A stretch of DNA of 64,000 nucleotides, from the NCBI GenBank assembly GCA_016192455.1, contig JACPUC010000002.1, positions 1-64,000 of the forward strand, written 5' to 3'. Numbering within the stretch: the first letter of the stretch is position 1; each line of letters opens with the position of its first letter. The notes under the pieces are model-generated. The model was given only the letters and a program-made list of their open reading frames with translations. It ran no database searches and had not been told where the DNA came from. Positions 10,201-23,142 of this stretch are shown here, piece by piece. The DNA comes from Candidatus Tectimicrobiota bacterium. GTDB taxonomy: Bacteria; JACPUC01. Both the position numbers and the translations under genes were made by a program.

Positions 10201-10646
10201 AGGCGTGGCTGGCCGCCCACGTCGCCCGCCTCGCGGAGGGCGATTACCTCGCCATCAACGCCTACCTCGAGCAACGGCCGGCGCACCACGAGCTTCTCCA
10301 GGAGATGCGCCTCCGCCTCCGCGCCGCCTACCGCGTGGCGACGATGCTGGGCTACGGCCCGCGCTTCCTGCACTCGACCGGCCAACTCCACAAGGGGGGG
10401 CCGAATACGGCGCTGGTGCTGCAACTCACCTGTGACAATGTGCCCGATGTGGCCATCCCCGGCGAACGGTACTCGTTCGGCATCCTCAAGGACGCCCAGG
10501 CGCTGGGGGATTTTCACTCCCTCGCCGCCCGCCGGCGGCGCGCCTTGCGCCTCCACCTGGGAAGCGACGTCGAGGGCGGCCTGAAGCGACTCCTCGCGGC
10601 GGTGGAGGCCGTCACCGGAACCGCGGGGAGTTCGGCCCAGGGGTGA
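7257..10646 (+). CDS. rpiB-tal-pgi: Fused ribose-5-phosphate isomerase B / transaldolase / glucose-6-phosphate isomerase
   Basis: RpiB motifs GSDHAG, VDYPD, LCGSGIG; Tal motifs WLD, GMTSNPAIF, YVSLEVSP, IKVPAT, NVTLLF, ASFFVSR; Pgi motifs GMGGSSLG, SSKSG, VGGRFS, EQLIAESTGK; one uninterrupted frame. Confidence 0.93.
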   Translation: MRVAVGSDHAGFALKGTVVAAIKALAHEVLDLGASSSDAVDYPDYAARVCEAILRGDAERGVLLCGSGIGVAVVANKFPGIRAGLCHDVYSAHQGVEHEDMNVLALGGRIIGAALAREIVTSFLNASFQAEERHLRRVAKITQIEERWLGAGARQPLGGAGRMDRIAKVRELGQSVWLDSISRDLVTSGTLRRLIEADGLLGMTSNPAIFEKAINGSPAYDQAITSLARQGLDAAGIYQELAVEDVRLAADLLAPVYARTQGLDGYVSLEVSPLLARDTEGTIREARQLFAAVDRPNIFIKVPATTEGLPAIRSLLAQGININVTLLFAVERYVEVAQTYLDGIEELLARGGDAGTVRSVASFFVSRIDTLADSWINQRLEGVTDAAQRGRLEALKGVLAIANAKIAYQRFMEIFGSERFAALRAQGAHAQRLLWGSTSTKNPAYADTLYVDTLIGPETVNTMPEETFRAFQEHGEPALTLEEGLEEARARLRDFEACGFSMPQLTQQLLDEGVAKFAEPFEKLLRAIEAKRLQAGPDLLAQETRSWVAMPGVQSEILQRTLSGMQQQGFQRRLWEKDASLWTTDPTHQERIRSRLGWLTVCRRQRRFLPELRAFADEIRAAGMRHVVLLGMGGSSLGPEVLRRTFGPQPGYPQLCLLDSTVPAQVASTAGKLDLAATLFVVSSKSGGTTESLSLCAYFYDQLRSRRGAGAHFVAITDPGSPLEELARQRRFRRVISGEPEVGGRFSVLSNFGMAPAALVGLDVETLLERAEGMMHRCGANVSCRDNPGIVLGTVLGMLQKAGRDKLTLVPSPGIAAFGAWLEQLIAESTGKMGTGLVPLGDEPVGPPEVYGQDRVFIYLRLSESPDAAQEAALEALREAGHPVLRVTVPERLDLGAAFYLWEIATATAGAFLKINAFDEPNVQESKDNTKALLREFEAKGRLPEQEPLLRVDGISLSTDAENHAELSRAITSRGQDAGALEAWLAAHVARLAEGDYLAINAYLEQRPAHHELLQEMRLRLRAAYRVATMLGYGPRFLHSTGQLHKGGPNTALVLQLTCDNVPDVAIPGERYSFGILKDAQALGDFHSLAARRRRALRLHLGSDVEGGLKRLLAAVEAVTGTAGSSAQG

Positions 10647-10725
10647 TGCCGGAGGCCCAGCCGCGCCCGCGTCCCTGGGGGCGTCGCGGGTTGCGCCACC
10701 CAGCACTCAGATCGGGAGGGGTTCG

Positions 10726-11634
10726 ATGCAGCTCGGCATGGTGGGTCTGGGCAGGATGGGTGGGAACATGGCGCGCCGCCTCCTCCAGGCGGGGCACGAA
10801 GTTGCCGTCTCAGACCGTTCCAGCGAAGCGGTGCAGGCCATGGCGGCGGCCGGCGCGCAAGGGACCAGCAGCCTCGCGGAGCTGACGGAGAGGCTGACGC
10901 CACCGCGCGCCGTCTGGGTGATGGTGCCCTCCGGCGCCCCCACCGAGGAGACGATCCGCGCCCTGCGCGAGGTGCTGGCGGCGGGCGACATCATCATTGA
11001 CGGCGGCAACACCTACTACAAGGATGATCTGCGCCGGGCGGAGGAGCTGCGCGGGGCGGAGCTGCACTACGTGGATGTCGGCACGAGCGGCGGCATCTGG
11101 GGCCTCGAGGCGGGGTACTGCTTGATGGTCGGCGGCGAGCGGCGGATCGTCGCGCACCTGGAGCCGATCTTCCACGCCCTGGCGCCGGAGAACGGCTACC
11201 TCTACACCGGGCCGTGCGGCTCCGGCCACTTCACGAAAATGATCCACAACGGCATCGAGTATGCCATGATGCAGGCCTACGGGGAGGGGTTCGAGCTGCT
11301 GCGGCAGGCGCCGTTCGATCTCGATCTGCATGCCATCGCCGCGGTGTGGAACCATGGCAGCGTGGTGCGCTCATGGTTGCTGGAGCTGCTCGAGGCGGCC
11401 TTCAAGCGCGATCCCGACCTGGGGGAGCTGAGTGGCTATGTGGAGGACTCGGGAGAAGGCCGCTGGACCATTCTCCAGGCGATCGAGGAAGAGGTGCCCG
11501 CGCCCGGCCTGGCTCTCGCCCTGTTCACGCGTTTCCGCTCGCGCCAGGATCGCTCCTTTGCCGAGCGCGTGCTGGCGGCGCTGCGGCGCGAGTTCGGCGG
11601 GCACGCGGTGCGCCGCGCCGCGCCGCCGTCGTAG
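10726..11634 (+). CDS. gnd: 6-phosphogluconate dehydrogenase, decarboxylating (short form)
   Basis: GLGRMG, IDGGN, VDVGTSGG, GHFTKMIHNGIEY, DSGEGRWT; GGGAGG RBS. Confidence 0.95.
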   Translation: MQLGMVGLGRMGGNMARRLLQAGHEVAVSDRSSEAVQAMAAAGAQGTSSLAELTERLTPPRAVWVMVPSGAPTEETIRALREVLAAGDIIIDGGNTYYKDDLRRAEELRGAELHYVDVGTSGGIWGLEAGYCLMVGGERRIVAHLEPIFHALAPENGYLYTGPCGSGHFTKMIHNGIEYAMMQAYGEGFELLRQAPFDLDLHAIAAVWNHGSVVRSWLLELLEAAFKRDPDLGELSGYVEDSGEGRWTILQAIEEEVPAPGLALALFTRFRSRQDRSFAERVLAALRREFGGHAVRRAAPPS

Positions 11635-11781
11635 CCGCAGGGGTGGGGAGGCGGCACGGGCCGCCCGTCGCCCTGAGGAGAGGCGTGGCCTGCGCCGGGG
11701 CGCGACCTTCCTCCGCACCCCCTCCTGCGCCACCTTCTAGGCTGAAGGCGGGAAGGCCGGCGGAAGATCGTGAGGGACGCC

Positions 11782-13317
11782 ATGCCCGAGCCAATCGCAC
11801 CCTTCATCACCCTTCCGTCCCTTCCTGATGATGTCCCCGGCGCGCCCTGCGCCATGGTCGTCTTCGGCGCCTCGGGCGACCTCACGAAGCGCAAGCTGGT
11901 GCCCGCCCTCTTCAACCTCGCGTGCGAGGGGCTGTTGCCGGATGGGTTCGCCCTCCTCGGCTTCGCGCGCACGCCGTTGAACGAGGAAAAGTTCCGCGGC
12001 GCCATGACGGAGAGCATCAAGCGCTACGGCACGCGGCAGTTCAATGCCGCGGTGTGGGAGAAGTTCGTCCAGCGCCTCTTCTACCAGCAGCACGAGTACG
12101 ACGACCCTGCCTCCTACACCGCCCTGAAAGCGCAGCTCCAGAAGCTGGACCGCGACTGCGGCACCCAGGGGAACCACATCTTCTACCTCTCGACGCCTCC
12201 CGGCTTCTTCCCCACCATCATCGAGAACCTGGGGGCCGCCGGGCTGAACCTCGAGGAGCGGGGCAAGTTCAGCCGCGTGGTCATCGAGAAGCCGTTCGGC
12301 CGCGACCTCGCCAGCGCCGTCAAGCTCAACGAGATCGTCTACCAGCAGTTCCAGGAACACCAGGTGTTCCGCATCGACCACTACCTCGGCAAAGAGACGG
12401 TGCAGAACATCTTGGTGTTCCGCTTCGCCAACGGCATCTTCGAGCCGATCTGGAACCGGCGCTACGTCGATCACGTGCAGATCACCGTGGCGGAAACCAT
12501 CGGCATTGAAGGCCGCGGCAGCTACTACGAGACGGCGGGCGTGCTGCGCGACATGATCCAGAACCACATCTTCCACCTCTTGGCGTACATCGCCATGGAG
12601 CCGCCGATCGACATCAACGCCACCAAGGTGCGCGACGAGGAGGTGAAACTCCTCGACGCCGTGCAGCGCATGCGCCCGGAGCAGGTGCCGGTGCGCGCCG
12701 TGCGCGGCCAGTACGGCGAGGCCACCGTCGACGACCGCTGGCTGCCCTCCTACCGTGAGGAGAAAGGAGTAGCCGCGGATTCGCAGGTGGAGACCTTCGC
12801 GGCCCTGAAGCTCTACATTGACAACTGGCGCTGGGCGGGCGTGCCCTTCTACCTGCGCTCCGGGAAATGCCTCCCCGAGCGCCGGGCGGAGATCGCCATC
12901 CAGTTCAACCGCGCCCCGCTGCAGCTCTTCCGGCACCAAGAGGTGAAGCAGCTCTCCCCCAACCTCCTGGAGATGCGGCTGCAGCCCGACGAGGGTATCT
13001 CCCTGCGCTTCGAGACCAAGAAGCCGGGGACGAAAATCCGCATGCAGACGGTGGACATGCAGTTCGACTACACGCGCAGCTTTGACACCAACTATTCAAC
13101 GGGCTACGAGACGCTCCTGCATGACTGCATGACCGGAGACTCCACCCTCTTCGCGCGGGCAGACATGGTCGAGACCGCCTGGAAGGTGATCCAGCCGATC
13201 CAGGAAGTGTGGCAGAACACCGCCGCCGAGTTCCCCAACTATCCGGGGGGGACCTGGGGTCCTATCGAAGCGAACCACCTGCTCCAGCGGGACGGACGCG
13301 GCTGGCTGCAGGGGTGA
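11782..13317 (+). CDS. zwf: Glucose-6-phosphate 1-dehydrogenase
   Basis: FGASGDL, IEKPFG, RIDHYLGKETVQN, RDMIQNH, RWAGVPFYLRSGK. Confidence 0.97.
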   Translation: MPEPIAPFITLPSLPDDVPGAPCAMVVFGASGDLTKRKLVPALFNLACEGLLPDGFALLGFARTPLNEEKFRGAMTESIKRYGTRQFNAAVWEKFVQRLFYQQHEYDDPASYTALKAQLQKLDRDCGTQGNHIFYLSTPPGFFPTIIENLGAAGLNLEERGKFSRVVIEKPFGRDLASAVKLNEIVYQQFQEHQVFRIDHYLGKETVQNILVFRFANGIFEPIWNRRYVDHVQITVAETIGIEGRGSYYETAGVLRDMIQNHIFHLLAYIAMEPPIDINATKVRDEEVKLLDAVQRMRPEQVPVRAVRGQYGEATVDDRWLPSYREEKGVAADSQVETFAALKLYIDNWRWAGVPFYLRSGKCLPERRAEIAIQFNRAPLQLFRHQEVKQLSPNLLEMRLQPDEGISLRFETKKPGTKIRMQTVDMQFDYTRSFDTNYSTGYETLLHDCMTGDSTLFARADMVETAWKVIQPIQEVWQNTAAEFPNYPGGTWGPIEANHLLQRDGRGWLQG

Positions 13318-13379
13318 CCAGCAGGCGCCGCCCGCTGCGCTGCTCCCTCCTTCCTCTTGGCGCGACAGCAGAGACGGTG

Positions 13380-14351
13380 ATGATCCTGGCTGGCGACATC
13401 GGCGGCACGAAGACTCTGCTCGCCTCCTGCGAGCCGGCAGCCCCGCGACCCCTCGTGGTCCACCGGGAGAGTTACGCCAGCCGCGAGGCCGCCGGGTTGG
13501 CGGAGCTGGTGCGCCGGTTCCGCGGCAAGCACCCGGGCGCAATTGAAGCAGCCTGCTTCGGCATCGCCGGTCCCATCCAGGGCGGGCGCAGCGAGACGCC
13601 GAACCTCCCCTGGGTGGTCGAGGCCGGCGAGCTTGCTCGGCTGCTGGGGCTGCCGCAGGTTTCGCTCATCAACGACCTGGAAGCCACCGCATATGGAATT
13701 GCCGCGTTGGACGAGGGGGAGCTGGTGACGCTGAACCCGGAGGGGGAGGCGCGGCCGGGGAACGCCGCGGTGATCGCCGCCGGCACGGGGCTGGGCGAGG
13801 CGGTGTTGTACTGGGACGGCCAGCGCCACCAGCCCTTCGCCACCGAATCGGGGCATGCGGATTTCGCGCCCCGTACCTGTCGCGAGATGGAGCTGCTTCG
13901 TTTCCTTGGGAAGGAGTTTCCCCGGGTGAGCTATGAGCGCGTCATCTCCGGTCCGGGGCTCTTCCGCACTTACAGGTTCCTGCGGGCGTGGCGCGGCGAC
14001 GCCGAGCCCGCCTGGCTGACGGCGGAGCTGCAGGAAGGCGACCCGAGCGCCGTGGTGACCGAGGTCGCCTTGGCGCGGCGCGACGTGGTGTGCGAGGACG
14101 CGCTGCGCATGTTCGTCGCCTGCTACGGCGCCGAGGCCGGCAACTTGGCCCTGCGCTGCATGGCGGTGGGCGGGGTGTACCTCGGCGGCGGGATCGCCCC
14201 GAAAATCCTGCCGGCGTTGCGTGAGGCAGGCTTCATGGCCGCCTTCACGGCCAAGGGACGGTTTACGGATTTCCTGCGCAGGGTCCCCGTGCGGGTGATC
14301 TGCAACGAGGAGACAGCCTTGCTCGGGGCGGCGCGGCGAGCCAGCCTCTAG
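13380..14351 (+). CDS. glk: Glucokinase
   Basis: ILAGDIGGTKT, GIAGP, NLPW, LINDLEA, GTGLG, TESGH, GGVYLGGGIAPK. Confidence 0.93.
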   Translation: MILAGDIGGTKTLLASCEPAAPRPLVVHRESYASREAAGLAELVRRFRGKHPGAIEAACFGIAGPIQGGRSETPNLPWVVEAGELARLLGLPQVSLINDLEATAYGIAALDEGELVTLNPEGEARPGNAAVIAAGTGLGEAVLYWDGQRHQPFATESGHADFAPRTCREMELLRFLGKEFPRVSYERVISGPGLFRTYRFLRAWRGDAEPAWLTAELQEGDPSAVVTEVALARRDVVCEDALRMFVACYGAEAGNLALRCMAVGGVYLGGGIAPKILPALREAGFMAAFTAKGRFTDFLRRVPVRVICNEETALLGAARRASL

Positions 14352-14388
14352 AGGGTGGCAGGCCCGGCCGGCGGCCTGGAGAATATGC

Positions 14389-14416
14389 TTGACATGCCCC
14401 CAAGAGCTGCTAAGCT
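14389..14416 (+). promoter_or_regulatory. Putative sigma70 promoter of the M23 peptidase gene
   Basis: TTGACA-N16-TAAGCT with extended -10 TGc. Confidence 0.6.
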
Positions 14417-14590
14417 GAGGCACTTCCTGGTGTCAGAAACCGGTTTCCCACGTATTCCCCCGGCACCTCCGCAAATCGATGAATAAAGTAAGGAGCGGCG
14501 GCGGCAGAGGATCGTTCCAGCGGCTGCGCTAGCCTGCTTTGAAAGGGAGAAGGAAAGACTGCCCATCCTCGTCTAACTGGAGTTCCGCGC

Positions 14591-15541
14591 ATGCCACAGA
14601 ACAAGTACTACACGATGATGATCATGCCGGCGTCATCGAGCCGGTTCTACCGGTACTCGGTGCCGAAGTGGCTGCTGGTCACCGCCGCCGTCCTCGGCGG
14701 CTGCGCTTTCTTCATCTTCCTCGCCCTCATCATCAACGCAGCTCGCCATGAAGACACAACGGAGCGGGTTGCAATCCTGCAGAGAGCCAACACCCAGCAG
14801 AAGGAACGCCTGCACCAGTTCTCCAATACGATCAACGAGCTGAAGATGCAGATGCTGCAGTTGCAGGCGTTCGACAAGAAGCTGCGGGTGATCACGGCGT
14901 TCGGCAAGCCTGATCACCGCCTCCCCTTCATCGGCATCGGCGGCCCGACCAGTGAGATCACCCTGGAGGAGATCAAGAACGATCCCTCGAAGCAGAAACG
15001 CTTGATGGCGGCGATTCAGAAAGAGATCGAGCAGCTCTCCCTGGCGGCGGAGCGGCAGGCGGACAGCTTCAAGGAGCTTGAAAAGTTCTTCTCCGAGAAG
15101 CGCACGCTGCTTGTTTCCACCCCTTCCATCTGGCCCACCCGCGGCTGGTTGACGTCAACCTTCGGCTATCGCACCTCGCCCTTTACCGGCTTGCGCGAGA
15201 TGCATGAAGGGATCGATGTGGCTGGTTCGTTCGGCGCCCCCGTGGTGGCGCCGGGCAATGGCGTGATCACCAAGATCGGCAACGAGAGCGGCTACGGGAA
15301 AGTCCTTGAGATCGATCACGGCTACGGCGTCGCGACCCGTTACGGCCACCTGGCAAAGATTCTCGTCAAGGAGGGGGAGCGGGTCGAACGCGGCGACGAG
15401 ATCGCCCAGCTCGGCAACTCCGGTCGCAGCACCGGCCCGCACCTGCACTACGAGGTGTGGGTGAACAAGATTCCCATCAATCCAGTCAAGTATATCCTGG
15501 AGGATGACGTCCACACCCTTATCTCCGGCTTGGCGAACTAG
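14591..15541 (+). CDS. M23 family metallopeptidase (membrane anchor + coiled coil + LytM domain)
   Basis: N-terminal TM segment, coiled coil, TPSIWPT.G, HEGID, YGHL, STGPHLHYEV. Confidence 0.93.
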   Translation: MPQNKYYTMMIMPASSSRFYRYSVPKWLLVTAAVLGGCAFFIFLALIINAARHEDTTERVAILQRANTQQKERLHQFSNTINELKMQMLQLQAFDKKLRVITAFGKPDHRLPFIGIGGPTSEITLEEIKNDPSKQKRLMAAIQKEIEQLSLAAERQADSFKELEKFFSEKRTLLVSTPSIWPTRGWLTSTFGYRTSPFTGLREMHEGIDVAGSFGAPVVAPGNGVITKIGNESGYGKVLEIDHGYGVATRYGHLAKILVKEGERVERGDEIAQLGNSGRSTGPHLHYEVWVNKIPINPVKYILEDDVHTLISGLAN

Positions 15542-16196
15542 GTTCTCACGAGACACGCCGGCGTGCTCCTCCGCCGGTGGGTCCGCTGGCGAGCGGGCTT
15601 GAGCTGCGGCCGGAAAGTCGAACGGGACTGCCTCCTGGATCGGAGGCAAAGCCTGTCCGTGCCGCCCGGCTGCGAGTCTCCCGCAAAGCTCCCCTCCTTC
15701 CCTGGCCCCGTTGGGGCGTGTCGCTGCTGCCGTTGGGCGGGGGCGGTCATTTCCTTCCTTCGCGTCCTCGGGTCTTCCCCTCCGCCGTCGCCCCGGGCCA
15801 GTCGCCTTGGCCGGCTCTTCCGAGTGCCATTGTGGCCGCGCGGCGAGGCAACCAGCCTCATCCGCCAGGTAACCTCTGCACGTCGCACCCGGTGCCTCGC
15901 GGCTTCCCGCCGCGGGCGGCCGAGGCCGTCCCGGCCCCGCCCCGTACATGAGTGTTGGTGTATGGTTTGCGGGGTGCGTATAATAATCAAGCAGGTGGGT
16001 GCGCTGGCGGGGCGCCGAGGTGGTCGCCTGATCCGCCCGCGCCTCGACGTGCAAGGAGAGGAAGCGACGCGCCGCCAAGGCGGGTTTGGCGCCGGCGCGG
16101 ATGATGTGGTTGGCCAGGGCGGGGAGATCGAAGCTGCCGCGTCGGGGGGCGTTCTCATCTCCTTCGCTGCGTGAAATTGCTAAAGGATGACCTGGT

Positions 16197-18797
<2,601 letters not shown>

Positions 18798-18885
18798 GGA
18801 GGCCACAGGAAAGCCGGCGTGGAACCACCTCGCGGCTGCGGCAAAAGGTGGGGAAGCGGAGGTGAGTCTTTCTTCCGAGGACCGC

Positions 18886-19758
18886 ATGTTGAGGCTTGCC
18901 GGAATCCAGCTTGCCTGCGCGCCTGACAAGAAGCGGAACCTGCTCCGGGCGGTCGAGCTCATCCGCCTGGCGGCGGCGGAGGGGGCGCAGCTCGCCTGTC
19001 TGCAGGAGCTCTGCGTCACCCCGTGGTTCCCGAGCGGCAAGGACGCCGCAGCCTTCAGCCTGGCGGAGCCCGTCGACGGGGAGACAGTCCAGACGCTGGC
19101 GGAGGTTGCGGCCGCGACGCGCCTCGCCCTCGTCTGCCCCATCTTCGAGCGGGATGGCGAGCGCCATTTCAACTCCGCGGTAGTGCTCGATGCGAACGGC
19201 GCGGTGCTGGGGGTCTATCGCAAGGTGCACGTGCCGGCCATCCCCTTGTGGGAGGAGCGCTACTACTTCCAGCTCGGCGACGGCGGATTCCCGGTTTTCC
19301 ACGTCGGCGGGGTCTGCATCGGCGTGCAACTGAGCTGGGATAACTTCTTCCCGGAAGGGGCGCGGGCGCTGGCGCTGCAAGGGGCGCAGGTGATCTTCGC
19401 GCCGACCGCCGCCGCCTACGACTCGCAGCACCGCTGGGCCACGGTGATCAGCGCCAACGCCATTGCGAACGGGTGCTTCGCGTTTCGCGTCAACCGGGTG
19501 GGGACGGAGGGGGCGCAGAACTTCTACGGCAAGAGCTTCTGCGTGGACCCGAACGGCGAGATGATCATCGAGCCGAGCGGCGCCTACGATGCCGTCGTCC
19601 TCGCCGACCTTGATCTCGCGCTCATCGACATCGTGCGCGCGGAGTGGACGCTCTTCCAGGATCGCCGCATCGACGAGTACGGGCTTTTGACGAAGATTCC
19701 CACGCCCGCCGGCCTCAACGCTCCCGAGCTGGAACGCCCCGCTGGCGCCCAGCCGTAG
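18886..19758 (+). CDS. Carbon-nitrogen hydrolase (nitrilase superfamily, N-carbamoylputrescine amidase-like) with Ser at the nucleophile position
   Basis: LQEL (catalytic Glu), YRKVHVP (catalytic Lys), WEERYYF, IGVQLSWD..FPE, NRVG.E, FYGKSF; alternative GTG start at 18862. Confidence 0.85.
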   Translation: MLRLAGIQLACAPDKKRNLLRAVELIRLAAAEGAQLACLQELCVTPWFPSGKDAAAFSLAEPVDGETVQTLAEVAAATRLALVCPIFERDGERHFNSAVVLDANGAVLGVYRKVHVPAIPLWEERYYFQLGDGGFPVFHVGGVCIGVQLSWDNFFPEGARALALQGAQVIFAPTAAAYDSQHRWATVISANAIANGCFAFRVNRVGTEGAQNFYGKSFCVDPNGEMIIEPSGAYDAVVLADLDLALIDIVRAEWTLFQDRRIDEYGLLTKIPTPAGLNAPELERPAGAQP

Positions 19759-20082
19759 CGGAGTCGAAGTACCTTCCCCCCACAGAAGAGACGTCCCCTT
19801 CCCGACCTTGCGGGTAAACCAGCCCCCTTGCAGAAATTCTTGACAGGGGTGAGCTCTGCGAGGAGCATCGCCCCTCGCCTGCCAGGCTCTGCCTGCCTTC
19901 GCCGCCACCGCGGACAGGCCGGACTGGGCGGTAGGTAGGCGCACTCTCTGCCGCGAGTGCGCACGGCGCCGTCGCGCCGAGAGTGGGTGTGCAGGATCAA
20001 GGTCCCCCCGGAGACAACATCCCGACTCGCGCGCTCGCGATCAGGCGCGGACGGACATGTGCGCGGGGCTTCGGGAGAGAGG

Positions 20083-21045
<963 letters not shown>

Positions 21046-21221
21046 GGTTCATCACGCTCCAGAATCCTCGCCGCGCCACGCTGCACGATTGGGAACGACG
21101 AACGCCGCAGGCTGGGGGAGAGGTGGGATCAAAAGCGGTGAGGCGACGGGGAGGGCAGCCGGCGCCTGCGGCAAGACGACGCGGGGAGCAGCGCGACCAC
21201 GCGCCTCCCGCCCTGTTTGGG

Positions 21222-21788
21222 TTAGGTCTGCTTCGGCGCCCGCACGAAGTAGACGTCCGCGACGTTGAACTTCGAGTTGCGCCGGAAGCGCGCCTCAACC
21301 TGCATGCCGATCGAGATGTCAGCCGACTCGCAGCCGACGAGGCGGCTGAGGAAGAGCGTCGCCACGTTCTCCCATTCCACGAGTATAAGATGAAACGGCG
21401 TCTCGTCCAGGTAGGCTTCGCCGCTGAAGTAGCAGGTGGTCCAGGTATGCACGCGGCCGCGGCGCGGCAGCTCGAACCAGTCGCACTCGCCGCCGCAGCC
21501 CATGCAGCGCAGCCGCGGCGTGCCGTAGGCGGTGCCGCAGCGCGAGCAGCGCGTGCCGAGCAGCTTCTTATTCGCCAGCCCGGCGAAGAAGGGCGAATCC
21601 TGGCCGTAGCTGTGGATGTAATTGATCTGGTACGGCCATTTTGCAATGATCGGCGACATCCCCTTGAGCTGCGAGAGGTCGCTGGGGAAGGGGACGTTGA
21701 AGAGCACCGCGCCCTCTTCGGTCTCCTCGAGGCGCGGCGGATGCCGCCGCTCGGGGCTTTGCTCTGACGCCGGCTGGGGATCGACCAT
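21222..21788 (-). CDS. Zn-ribbon/OB-fold protein (DUF35 family, thiolase partner)
   Basis: GTRCSRCG...PRLRCMGCG zinc ribbon followed by OB fold (GRVHTWT...IGMQVEARF); start could be 21839. Confidence 0.85.
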   Translation of the reverse strand: MVDPQPASEQSPERRHPPRLEETEEGAVLFNVPFPSDLSQLKGMSPIIAKWPYQINYIHSYGQDSPFFAGLANKKLLGTRCSRCGTAYGTPRLRCMGCGGECDWFELPRRGRVHTWTTCYFSGEAYLDETPFHLILVEWENVATLFLSRLVGCESADISIGMQVEARFRRNSKFNVADVYFVRAPKQT

Positions 21789-21875
21789 CGATTGCCTCTG
21801 CGCGCCCGCCTGGACGGGGAAGGCGTCGTCTCCTCCCACGCCATGGGAGCACTGCCTCGTCGGCGAGGGCAGCGC

Positions 21876-23126
21876 CTACACCGCCTCCATGATCGTGACC
21901 GTGATGTAGGTGCCGGTGCCGGCGTGGCTGTGGATAAGGCCGCGCCGTGCCTTCGGCACCTGCAGGGTGCTGTCGCCGAAGTGCGTGCCGATGCGTCCCT
22001 GGAGCTGCCAGAAGGCGAAGACGGCCTGCATGAGGCCCGTGGCGCCCACCGGGTGGCCGCAGGCCAGCAGTCCCCCGGAGGGATTCACCGGCACCAGCCC
22101 ACCCAGGTCGGCCTTGCCGCTCTCCACGAAGGATCCCCCTTCGCCGTAGCGGCAGAGCCCGAGGTCCTCGTAGGTCTGGATTTCCGACGACGTGTAGGCG
22201 TCGTGGAGCTCCACGAAGTCGAGCTCCCGCGGCGGGTTCGTCACCCCTGCCATCTTGTACGCCTGTATGGCGGCGGTGCGGCCGGCGCGGAAGGAGTGCA
22301 CGCCGGGGTACTTCAGCCCCTTGTAGTCTGCGGGCGACTCATGGGGGAGCAACAGGACCTCACCGTGCGGGCGGTCGGCCATGCGCATGGTGTCGGTGCC
22401 GGTCCCCACGCCGGTGATGCGCACCGGCGCGTCGGTGAGCTTCGCCGCCATCTCCTCGCTCGCCAGGATGCAGGCGGCGGCGCCGTCGGACATGACGCAG
22501 ACGTCGAGGAGCGTCAGCGGGTAGGCGACCATGGGGGCGGCGCGCACGTCCTCGATGGTGAGCCGCAGGCGCTTCTGGGCGTAAGGGTTATGGCAGGCGT
22601 TGCGGTGGTTCTTGACGGAGACCCGGGCGAGCTGCTCGACAGTGGTGCCGAACTCGTGCATGTGGCGCACCACCATCATGGCGTAGTAGCCGGTGTAGAA
22701 GCCGCCGAGAGGGAAGTCGAAGCTCACGTCCGAGGCCAGGGCGATGAACTCGTTCCCCTTCCAGGTGTTGACGCGCGACATGGTCTCGAAGCCGTAGGCG
22801 ACGCAGACCTCCATGCGTCCCGAGGCCACGGCCTCCCAGGCGGTCTGGAAGCAGAGTCCGCCGGTGGCGCCGCCGCCTTCGACGCGCTTGCTCGGCTTCG
22901 GGCAGAGACCGAGGTAGTCCTGCACCATGATGCCGGCCATGAGCTGGCGCTGGAAGTGGTCCGAGAAGTAGGAGGCGACGCTGCCGTCGATCTGCTCCGG
23001 CGTCAGAGCGGGAACCTGCGCCAGGGCGGCGTCGAACGCCTCGGCCACCATCTGCTGGAAGGTGACGGTGGGCCGCGCCTTGGCGAACTTGCTGACGCCG
23101 CCGGCAACCATGTAGACCGGGCGCAT
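21876..23126 (-). CDS. Thiolase-family (SCP2-type) protein lacking the canonical active-site Cys
   Basis: VSVKNH.NA..NPYAQ, CVMSDGAAA, ELHDAY, NPSGGL..GHPVGATG; nucleophile loop reads VEGGGATGG. Confidence 0.88.
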   Translation of the reverse strand: MRPVYMVAGGVSKFAKARPTVTFQQMVAEAFDAALAQVPALTPEQIDGSVASYFSDHFQRQLMAGIMVQDYLGLCPKPSKRVEGGGATGGLCFQTAWEAVASGRMEVCVAYGFETMSRVNTWKGNEFIALASDVSFDFPLGGFYTGYYAMMVVRHMHEFGTTVEQLARVSVKNHRNACHNPYAQKRLRLTIEDVRAAPMVAYPLTLLDVCVMSDGAAACILASEEMAAKLTDAPVRITGVGTGTDTMRMADRPHGEVLLLPHESPADYKGLKYPGVHSFRAGRTAAIQAYKMAGVTNPPRELDFVELHDAYTSSEIQTYEDLGLCRYGEGGSFVESGKADLGGLVPVNPSGGLLACGHPVGATGLMQAVFAFWQLQGRIGTHFGDSTLQVPKARRGLIHSHAGTGTYITVTIMEAV

Positions 23127-23142
23127 GGCGCCTCCCGTTGCG

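Noticed and set aside
8070-10706. Long antisense or alternate-frame ORFs (e.g. 8070-10706, 16155-19172, 33955-35778, 35919-37826, 46418-48421, 61440-63260)
   Set aside because: They shadow well-supported genes on the opposite strand, have no recognisable motifs, and are expected from high-GC codon bias
15542-16196. Riboswitch or ncRNA in the 655-bp gap before secA (GGCAAA...CGCAAAGC resembles c-di-GMP-I; TGCCTCC/GGAGGCA hairpin)
   Set aside because: The GAAA tetraloop and paired stems of the riboswitch are not present; no RNA family can be supported without a covariance-model search
19823-19850. Imperfect hairpin containing TTGACA between the convergent hydrolase and meaB genes
   Set aside because: No U-tract, no gene to promote and no transposase; function cannot be assigned
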